Source: Jimgerdemannia flammicorona (Eukaryota). Taken from it: a DNA stretch of 32,844 bases. Below, in pieces: positions 23,619-32,844 of this stretch. The first letter of the stretch is position 1. Every line of letters begins with the position of its first letter. The stretch is taken from assembly GCA_003990765.1 (NCBI GenBank), contig RBNJ01000330.1, forward strand, positions 1 through 32,844, written 5' to 3'. The position numbers and the translations under genes are program-made. The notes below the pieces were generated by a model. That model did not search any database, was not told the DNA's origin, and saw only the letters and a list, made by a program, of their open reading frames with translations.

Positions 23619-24716
23619 ATGACCACTGAGATCTACAACCGAATCCATACTGACATTTGGAATGCCATTGTCAACCGAGCCACACCCCCTCTGCCCCTTA
23701 TGAATATCCATAGCCTAGCACCTCTCTACTTCATGGAAGCCTGATGGAATACCCTGAACATGCTTAGTGAGACCCACCGAATCGGAAAAATCTCAAGCTA
23801 CTACCAGATCGGCCACCTCCTAGAAGACATGGTTGAACACCACCATGACACAGACATTACCCAGATGTCTCAACACCAGAAGCTCATCACCTGCAAACAT
23901 CGAGAACTCTTCTATGAGTACAGTACCTTTATTCCCTGCCTCTGAGTTACTACCAGCAAAATGGTTACTACTCTATCCTACGGCCAAATTGATGACATGA
24001 TACAAGAACTCAACCACAAGTATCTCGAGTATGTCCAGACCACAGATAGAACCTTCCCACACCCTGATGACCATATCCTGCAAATGCCCCAAGTTGGATA
24101 TGCTATGAAGGATGTCTACGATATAATCCACTTCGACAAAGATGAAGCAGAAGACAATGATCCCTCTGATGCCGACATGACCTCTAGCTAAGAATCTCTG
24201 CCAACCCTGATCACTCTACCAACCTTACCAATGAACTTACAATAGTTCATAACAGTATATGAGACTTATTGGGACAATGACCACTGGCATGAATACCAAC
24301 CCGCCTTCACCCCCGATTACTTCAACTACAATGAAGAGACCAGAGAATACAACCTGTATCTCCAGACAACCCTCGAGATCGAACCAACCACTCCACCACC
24401 TGAGTACGAGCGATATGAACCACAGCCGCCAGCTTACTAAAACCCCGCAACTTATAGTGCCATAACCTATAGAAGATAAGCAGATAGTGAATCTGATAAA
24501 AGTGAAGACAACATACCTATCCTTTACCCACCAACACCTTATCCAGCCTACGAGACAGACGATGCTATCCTATGGGATGGAGATGAAGTCCCAATGTATT
24601 ACTACCTCAGTGAACAAGGAGAAGTAATCTGCAAACCACTTTTCCTAAACAACTACTTCATCAGAGATGATGCAATCAATGGTGATGTCATCGAAGACTA
24701 TCCAGACAGTGCCTAA
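23619..24716 (+). pseudogene. Uncharacterised 365-codon ORF inside the family B unit; acidic, Pro/Tyr-rich C-terminal half with PPEY and PPAY motifs
   Basis: ACAAACATG start; one frame with no indels to TAA at 24714. Five of six internal stops are sense codons in the outer copy; the TGA at 23742 is shared. Confidence 0.75.
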
Positions 24717-24759
24717 ACCCATAAATAGCCTAGCAGTCATAGTATAGTTAGATTAGCCT

Positions 24760-24915
24760 TGTACGACATGACTGTGAACTGACTCAGCAGTCAGACGATC
24801 TCTTGACATATCAGATCACACTTGTACTATGTGACTGCATTCTGACTCAGCAAAGCACTTAGTGCTACATCCATATTTAGCATAGTCCAGACAGCCCCTC
24901 ACTAGTATAAATACC
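24760..24915 (+). promoter_or_regulatory. Putative promoter 2 (retroelement promoter) of the family B unit: two TGACTCA sites plus TATAAATA
   Basis: TGACTCA at 24780 and 24843 within a duplicated ~29-nt unit; TATAAATA at 24906-24913. All are retained in the outer copy (22187-22320). Confidence 0.6.
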
Positions 24916-26590
24916 CCCTCCCCCATACCTCAGAATCTCAGACTTGAACAATCTGAACACAACTCCTGAGCACTTCTCCACAATATCCCTTTACACAACT
25001 ACTCCTAGTATAGCAATATCATGAATAGCAAATAAACCTATTCCATAACCCACAAATCACTCTTAAGTAAATCCATGCCCTGTTAGGTCCTACTCCTAAC
25101 TCCATCATGAAATTTCCTAATTGGGTATTGTCTGCAGTGATACGCCAATTCAACTAAGCTGATCTTAGTTTCTTGAACTTCCTGAAATACGAAAAATCCT
25201 GAACATCCAGAACTAGTCCAAAAAAGGACTTTGGTTGAGACGTCAACCCAATCTTGAAATCAATAAGTGTAGAGGACGTACTCTATATGAAATTGATCTT
25301 GACCATAAGAAAATGGTCTTCCAGAATACCCAGAACTTCCAGAAAACCCTTCCAGAACTATGTAATGATTACCCTAAAAAGCAACCCTCTTATATTGAGA
25401 TTTGTCCAATTCGGTGGGCCTTGCTAAGCATGTTCAAAGCATTCCATCAGGCTTCCATGAAGTAGAGGGGTGCTAGGCTATGGATATTCATAAGGGGCAG
25501 AGGAGGTGTGGCTCGGTTGACAATGGTATTCCAAATGTCAGCACGGATTCAGTTGTAGATCTCGGTACTCATGTTTGTGTGTTTGGAAGTTTGTGGTTGT
25601 TGTTTGTTTTGGTTCTCTGATTTGACGTATCTCAGTGCTCAGTATATATGCATTTGGTCCTGATTGATAAGGTTCCGTTTATGTGAATCTTGTGTTCTGT
25701 GACTTCATATTGACTCAGCTTTGTGCACTGTGACTTTGGTTTGACTCAGCTTCGTGATCAAGCAGGTGATTTCCAGATTTGTTCAGAGGTCACGTGTGAT
25801 TTCAGTGGCTTGTTCGGAGGGTGACATGACTTAGAGGTTGTGTGCTTACATACAAGTTCTGTTTGTATAATGTAGATGATTTTTTTGAGTTTTCTTATTA
25901 AATAAAATCAGCATAATAGAGTAAATTCTTATATTTTTTCAGAAATAGTAGAGTTCTTGAATGGCAGATAGTAGTAGACTTCAACTTCTTCAAATAGCAG
26001 ATCTTCAGGCTTAGTCTGATAAGTATACTAAATCAGATATTCTCTTTTTTATTTTGAAAAGCAGACCAGAGTGTAAATTTGGAATAAAGTTCACAATCTT
26101 CTTAAAGTAGCTTTTGTGAAGGTATTTCTCTTAAATATTACAATTCTTTTTAGATCAAGTGGCTTTTGGTAGATTTATCTCTTGAGCTATAGTAGGCAGA
26201 CTTATCTTTTACTTTAGATTTCAGATTTCTAGACTGAGGTATAATCATTCTTATCTCTAGGGTATTTTATATATTTGTAGTTACTATCTGATTACTATGT
26301 GACTAATTATAGATTTCTATTTCTAACAATAATTATCTGTTTTAGTTAAGGATATAAATCTTAAATTCTGATATAGTATATAAGCTAGGAATACTTTGTG
26401 TCCTTATTTGACTATCTGAGTTATTTATATAAATTAGCACAGTAGGCCAGTTCTGATTGCCTAGTGTATCTGATATAGTATATGGTTAAATTATAGTGAC
26501 TAACTTAGATAGTAATTTAGTATATTTCTCTGCTGACTTATCATACTATGGATAGTTCAAAAATCAAATAATGACTACCTTCAATGTTTA

Positions 26591-29500
26591 TCTGATATAA
26601 TTCAGATTATACAAACTTCTGACAATACTTAAGACATCATTTTTAAAGAAAAGATTATAATAACATAGCAACTGATGAGCAACCTGAGGAGTATATAGAA
26701 TAGAGTTGCCTCAGTATATTTGACTAGCAGCATGTGAGGAGGAGTTATGACTTGGCAAAGAGTCTGTTGGGTACTCTCTTTGATAGATGAGGAGGTATAT
26801 AGAAGAGGTGGAACTAATAGACAGGAGTCTGAGAGAATGAGTTTCACTGATAAGGTCAAGGTAGGACATCTGGTGACTAGAATGAAGAACTGGCCACAGA
26901 AGGGCAAAGAGTAGATAAGGGCTGCAGGGCCTGGTAGAGAGTCCCATAGTGGCAGTAGCACTAAGACTGGGGGAGTAAGAACTGGGGGAAGTAGGACTAC
27001 TGATGGAAGGGAGACTGCTAATCTGGAAAAAAATTCAAATATAATGACTGATTGTAGGGCTGGGTAGGGGGGAGATATGAGGTCTGAGGATCTGGCTAAT
27101 AGTATTACAGAGCTGATAGTAATGCCATTACTTAAGAAATTAGATGTTCAAATTTGCAATCACACTGTGCTTTCAGAGCATAGCAATTATGGCAAAAATA
27201 ATTCTGAGACTTCTGGCCCAGGAGATGAAAAGAGCAGCTTTGATGAAGTTCCTGAAGAGACTGAAAGAAGTGGAGGTGGGTTTTGATAAAGAGGAGTTGA
27301 TATTGGAGGCATTGAAGAAAGGAGTAATAGTAGATAAAGTGGCAATCTCTATAGCTCAGTGTGTGGACTGAGACATCTGGGTAGTACAACTGGTGATAAA
27401 AAATATACTTTTAGTAAAGAGAAATATAACCAGAAGGCTGATTGTGAATATTATCAAAGAGTATAGAGATATAGTGAATATTAGATTCTAGGTCTGAGAA
27501 GGTATAGAGTTTAGAACTAGAGATGTAGATCTCAGAGTAAGGCTGGCAGACAAGGAGAATACTAAGAAAGGAAGAGATTGGCTGGTGACACTTAAGTGGG
27601 GACCAGTAGAGTACAAGGTCTCCAGAGTGAAGGGGATACCAGAGAAGAAGGAGGACTTGCTAGAGATATTGAAAGACTTGGCTAGAGTAGTAGAGAAGAG
27701 ACTACTGATATAGATGGAGTTTGAGGCTAAGATAGTGGTAGAGATTATAAATAGCAGAAGAGTGTGACTGGATCAGATTACCTGGGAGAAGGCACAAGAG
27801 AGGTAACATCAGAAAGACTTATTGGTTAAGCTGAGAGAGAGGGCAGAGAGAGAGAATACTGCTGAAGAAAGTGGATCAAGAGTAAGTACTTTGGCAGGAG
27901 AGAAGGGAGGGACTCCCATAGTGACTCTGGAGGAGAGTGGAGACTCATAGTAGAGTATAGTGAAAGAGAATGAGGTAATGGTGGAGGAAGTCCAAGTGCA
28001 GTATAGAGTGTCTATAGGAGGGCAGGGGACTGATAAGCTGCAGAATATGCCAGAGGAGGATTAGAACAAGTCAGTTAGGATGAATGCTGAGTGAGGTCAG
28101 GGGGTTTGGAGGCAGGAGATAGTTTTAGGTATTAATGAGATAATAGGAGAGAAGAGGTAATTATTGAAGATGCTGATGAATATTATGATAGATAAGTTAG
28201 ATAAGATAGATTTTCAGATAATTAGTGAAAGGTATTAGGGTGAGATCCTGTGAGGAGAAGAGGTAGTACAGAAGCTTCAAAATGAGCTGTTGGCAGACTT
28301 TTTGGAGGCTGAGGAATATGAGTTAGATAACAATGGGGAGGCAGTGCTTTTGGCAATTTTGAATAACTATACAGCTTATCTGCGAGGATCTAGGAAGGGG
28401 TTAGAGAAGTAACAGATAGTGTGTGAGGAGTACTGGTCTAACATAGAGGCTGTAGATAGTGAAGACTATTAGGAGATCTTAGAAGAACTAGATATATAAG
28501 AGAGAGACAGATGAGCTTGAGGCAAAGTGAAATCTGGATATTGCTGATAATATAATAAGTATGAAATTGTAGAGCAAGTGACTGGTCCTCAAAACATTAT
28601 TTAATATAAATAGTACAATTAGAATCTTTTCTTTAAATATTAATAGTCTATTAGGTATAGTGAGGCATCAGAATATTTTCAGCTAGTTGAAGAGACTAGT
28701 TGTAGATCTGTTCTTACTATAGGATATTAGATATAATGGGGAGTTGGATATGCTGGACTGGATAAGAGGATGGGGGAGTATGGCTATATGGCAGAAATAG
28801 GTGAGTATATTGGTTCAGAAGAGTAAGAGAGACATTGAGGATATTGGACATTGGACATTGGGGAATAGAGTGATGTGAGGAGTGTAGAGAAGACCAAGCT
28901 GGAGCCCTCTGATGGTTGGGTCTGGTCATTATCCAGCAGAAAGGGAAGAGTATATAAAATGGATAAGAGGATTAAAATAGGCCCATACTATAGTAGCAGA
29001 GGAGATTGATTATCTGGGGGAGAACTTTAATATAGTATAAGATGGACAGTTGGACAGAACCAGTAGCAGGAGAGAGATGGCTGAGAGGAGTTGGGATATA
29101 GAAGGCTGGGAGGAGATTGAAAGTCTAAGCTCACTAGTAGATATTGGATATCTTGAGTGGAGAGACTATAGGATCTATACTTACTAGATGGCAGAGCTGA
29201 GTTTGAGAATTGACTGGATCTTAACTGCTGAGTACTGGGGAGCAGATATCTGGGACTCTTTAGAGACAGCTTGGTGCCCATAGTCAGATTATTAGGGTCT
29301 GCTGAATTGTGAGAGGTTCAGAGTAGTGGAGAGAGGTCTGGACATTTGTACCTAAATACTTCATTACTAGAGGGACCCTCCTTATAGAAAAGTAGTAGCT
29401 CTAGAATTATTACCTAGTGGATACAGGGGCTGGTAATTGAGAATCATTGGAGGTATTTGAAATCAGATACTCAATAGTTCTGAGAGGAGACAGGGAGAGA

Positions 29501-30560
29501 GAGGGGTGCTCAGAGGAGGAGACATTTAAGGTGGACTTCTCTGAGATTAGAGAAGCTATTTGTGAAGTGGGCTGATTTGCTGAATAATAGGGAGGAGGAA
29601 GATTGGAGGGTTCAGTGGATCTGACTGGAGGTAGAGGAGCTGAGGAGTCTGCTGCAGTAGGACAAAGAACTACAGGTGAAGGATATGGTAGTACAATTGT
29701 GGTAGCAGGGCTTAGAAGAGAGAGAGAGGTCTACAAAGTTCTTATTGAGGTGGCATTAAGTGAGAAGAGTGAGGCAGCAGTGGGAAGAAGTATTAGATGA
29801 GATAGGAAAGTTAGTAGTTGGTATCTCAGAGATCTTGAGCCAGTTGAGTTCTCAGTAGGAGTGATTGTAGAGTGAGGAGGAGAGTGGGAAGGAGGTACAG
29901 GACATTGAACAATATCTGAAGGATTGGTACTCAAGCTTAGTAAAGAGCTTAGATGAACTTGAAGTATCTGTCTGAGAGGAGAAAATCCATAGAGTATTGG
30001 TAATAATAAGTCCCAAGATAGTCTCTAGAGAGGTTGGGTTACCTTGGGATTTCTGGAAAAGAATAGTGGATCTGTGAATATATAATAAAGTTATTGACTC
30101 AGAAGTATAGAAGGAGAGGTAGCATTAGAGACTTATAGCTCTATTGTATAAGAATAAGGGGAGAAGGGAGGATTGGAAGAACTGGAGGCCAATCGTACTT
30201 CTGGATATAGATTGTTAGCTGGTTTTGAAGATATTAGTGACTAGACTATAAGAGATAGCTCAGCAGATATTGGGAGCAGAGTAGAGAGGCTTTGTTAGAG
30301 ATTATTTAATAATGAGATAGCATGGGTATATAGTGTCATTGTAGGTACTTGTACTGCCAGGATCAATAGTCTGCTAGTATTTCTGGACTAAGAGAAGGCC
30401 TATGATAGAGTCTATCAAGTGTAGCTTATTGGAGTGCTGAAGTATATAGAGATTTCTCCAGAGTTTAGACAATCTTTAATCAGTCTATTAGAAGAGAGTT
30501 ATGTGACTATTTTGATAAATGAGTACAGGGGAGAGTCTTTCCCCCTAGGCAGTAGAGTGC

Positions 30561-30623
<63 letters not shown>

Positions 30624-31967
30624 GTCACTTGGACTTTTGTCACTAATTCTCTATACTCTATCTCTGGAGTCTTTGTTGGACCAGATTAGGTATAAGGTGG
30701 GGGCCTTTCTTGATATATAACATAGTGATAAGACTGGGTACAGTGGAGGTTGTAGTAGTACTAAAGAGAGAAGTAGAATAATATAAGAGATACTTAGATA
30801 CTAAGCTTAACTAGCATAAGGACAAGACTCTGATTCTAGATAGAGAAGTAGTAGGAGGGAATATGATTTGAACAGTTATCTTAGCAAGAGAGAGTCTGGT
30901 ATCTGGGAATCTACTTCTCAGTATACAGTTCCTTATTACTTTAGATATAGTGGAAGCAGTGGCTAATTGAGTAGAGAAATACTCTCCTAAAGTAGGGTAG
31001 CTAATATATCTCTTTAGTAGATAGGATGGTGGTATTGAATATATATTAGCTATCTAAGCTATAGTGTGGGATATCACTTAGACTTCTTAACATAGATAGT
31101 CAAGAGATTATTAGAGATAGTCAGAATATAGATCTGGACATTATGGTAGAGTCAGATTGGCTGGAAGGTATTGATGTTGCCAGTAAACTAGAGAGGAGTG
31201 GTTCTGGTAGATTTTTCAAAGTACCTGCACTGCTTGATGATATGGTGGCTAAAGTGAGCTAGTGAGTTGAGGGGCCAGGAGTGAGTGTCTCTTACATATA
31301 TAGCAAGTGTGGGATATATGGTTCTCTCCCCATAGTATGTCTGATGACCTGCTCTCCCTGGTGGTACTGGAAGAGAGTCAGAAGATGTGCTTTAGAGGAT
31401 TCTGGTGGAATGTGGTAAATAGAGCTAAACAGATTGACCTTTAGTAGCAGAGTAATGAGACTGGGGATCACAGATATAGGGGTGGAATCATCTTCTACTG
31501 AAAGGTATACTGGTAGAAGATTTCAGTCTAAAGGATAACATGGAATATCTTTGGAGGCATGGGGGAGATCTGTGGTCTGAGGCTTAGCAGGGGGTGGGAA
31601 TTAGCAAAAGTGGAACTAGAATAGTATTTGGTCTTAGAGCAAATAGGTGGTAAGGTGACTTCTCTCCAAGTTCAGAGTAGAATGGTAGAGACTCTTGAGG
31701 CAAAACATGATGCTAAATTATTACTTAAGACATTTGATAGAAGGGGGTTCTATGGAGTATGAGAAGTGCCTAAATATTAAGTAGGAGAGAGGAGTAGTAC
31801 AGACTTCTGAACATTGGCTGACAGAATGTGAGATTATAGGAGACTTTTTAAGAGTCATCAAGAGATGGATGAGAGTATGTATATCTGAGCAAGTAGTGGA
31901 TGAGTGGTGGGATGATCTCTGGAGGAAGCTGGTGAGAGGGATTGGTGATAAGCAATTAGATGAGCTC
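26591..31967 (+). mobile_element. Degenerate near-full-length L1/Tx1-clade LINE
   Basis: RT motifs GLPWDFWK (~30037), LLYKNKGRREDWKNWRPIVLL (~30142), FLD*EKAYDRV (~30380), VL[QG]D.LS (interrupted), YLGI (~30900), and C-terminal C..EHWLTEC (~31770-31830). The 5' end is shared with 1-464. Confidence 0.85.
30566..30635 (-). mobile_element. Extremely 5'-truncated LINE insertion: 15 nt of 3'UTR plus A55
   Basis: T55-ATAGTCACTTGGACT matches the tail at 31968-32002 and interrupts the RT QG motif. Confidence 0.85.
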
Positions 31968-32844
31968 TTTTTTTTTTTTTTTTTTTTATAGTCACTTGGA
32001 CTCTTCTTTTATTACACCCATCTATCCCATATAAGTACAGTGAACCCACTCTCTATCTGATCCCCCTAGGGGGGCCCCTCCCCCCTATCTCTTCTTAACA
32101 AAATACCACTCTATCGAATACAATCTCCACCCTCCCACTACTCTGGTCACAGATCCTCGCTACCAAATCTTGATGTTGCCCCCCCAAAGGACTCCAACCT
32201 ATCCACCATTCAGTCATCAGATCCCCCAACAGCTCCTCTCACCTTAAAACCTTCTCCAGCAGTCCCATCTACAACCCCTCCTCAAACACAAAAAGCCAAT
32301 GGCCTGCCAGTCCCATCCAAACTGCTAACACCCACCCAACAGTGAGCCAACTATCACCCACCCCCCCCACTAGCCAATATCTCAAGTCCTCCCAGCAGTC
32401 CCCCTCATCTGCCAGCCTGCGCTCCACACCCAGTCTATTCCCTATTTCTACCCAAAAGTCTCCCAAAACCTCACACCCTCCCAGCCAATGTTCCAGCATC
32501 TGCACCAAACCCCCAGCTTGCTCTACATTGTAATACTCCTTACAATCGAAACAGCCACCATCCACCAGATGCCCAGTGCAGAAATTCAGCATGACATTCC
32601 TTCGCAGCATTCACCACCACACCACCTAGTAATTAGATGAGCTCTGGCTATTTGGGTTAGACTTACTGGATATTGGCTGAATATATTTGAGGATGGTCAG
32701 CAGTTGGCACTTGGGGTACAAGTTGTGAGGTGGAAATTATTAATGTTGGACCTTTGGAATGATTGGTGGTGGCGGTGGAGATCTGGAGGGAGAACTTTGT
32801 AGAAGGCTTGGAGAGAGGTTTTGTAGGCAGAGTGGGGGGTGGGT
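31968..32844 (-). mobile_element. 3' end of a second LINE (ORF2 C-terminal CCHC domain, 3'UTR, A20 tail) extending beyond the window
   Basis: ORF 32269..32610 has CFDC...EHWLGGCEVLGDF, homologous to EHWLTECEIIGDF of the plus-strand LINE; poly(A) at 31968-31987. Confidence 0.85.

Larger units (their letters stand above)
23303..25394 (+). mobile_element. Family B 2092-bp solo-LTR-like unit, inner inverted copy
   Basis: TGTAAG...CTTATA termini; 5-bp TSD TTGAG at 23298-23302 / 25395-25399. Confidence 0.9.
22391..25572 (-). pseudogene. Second copy of the family B ORF (25572-25400 + 23302-22391), split by the inner insertion
   Basis: Contains most of ORF-track entry 22639..23343 (YYQISRLLEDIVEHHHD...). 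A ~10-nt deletion near 22720 shifts the frame. Confidence 0.72.
21708..25850 (-). mobile_element. Family B ~2.05-kb solo-LTR-like unit, outer copy (25850-25400 + 23302-21708)
   Basis: The minus strand reads TGTAAG...CTTATA; 5-bp TSD TACAA at 21703-21707 / 25851-25855; colinear with the inner copy once that is removed. Confidence 0.88.
19880..26545 (-). mobile_element. Older, heavily decayed family-A-related gypsy: gag (~19880-21560), PBS remnant, and 5' LTR (21584-21707 + 25856-26545)
   Basis: 19920-21580 aligns with 6860-8523. ATCTTTCTAGTTGAGCTCACAAA|TATAAT matches the PBS/LTR junction. 26190-26320 aligns with LTR 2988-3105. Confidence 0.8.

Noticed and set aside
23303..25850. DNA transposon with ~450-bp terminal inverted repeats
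   Set aside because: The TSDs (TTGAG, TACAA) show two nested, oppositely oriented copies of one unit; no transposase is present.
30434..30646. Poly-Phe ORF (and the poly-Lys ORF at 31858-32049)
   Set aside because: These are artefacts of translating LINE poly(A)/poly(T) tails.

Overview
The window is a gene-free, deeply nested transposon cluster from a eukaryote, most likely a fungus. Ngaro and L1/Tx1-type LINEs suggest a non-ascomycete, but this is inference. No host gene, rRNA, tRNA or true CRISPR locus is visible. Reconstructed layout: (1) the 5' end of a LINE (1-464, -) abuts a decayed Ngaro RT/RNaseH/YR relic (469-1650, +). (2) A heavily decayed Ty1/copia element (~1650-19865, +) carries two insertions. 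One is a Ty3/gypsy 'family A' element (2043-15538, -, TSD ATAG) with gag, protease, an unknown insert, dUTPase and a truncated RT; its 5' LTR is split by a near-complete Ngaro tyrosine-recombinase retrotransposon (8716-14426, -, split direct repeats, no TSD). The other is a family-A solo LTR (17475-18970, +, TSD CTAC). (3) An older family-A gag plus 5' LTR (~19880-26545, -) is interrupted by a ~2.1-kb 'family B' LTR-like unit (21708-25850, -, TSD TACAA), itself interrupted by an inverted second copy (23303-25394, +, TSD TTGAG). (4) A decayed L1/Tx1 LINE (~26591-31967, +) carries two poly(A)-tailed insertions of a related LINE. The three most novel-looking signals: the family-B LTR-like unit carries a ~365-codon gene with its own promoter and tandem PPxY motifs; the Ngaro 3' region holds ten copies of a 21-nt repeat with variable spacers; and family-A LTRs carry a conserved 14-nt complement of their own tRNA-Pro-shaped PBS plus arrays of its core. 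All alignments and counts were made by eye.
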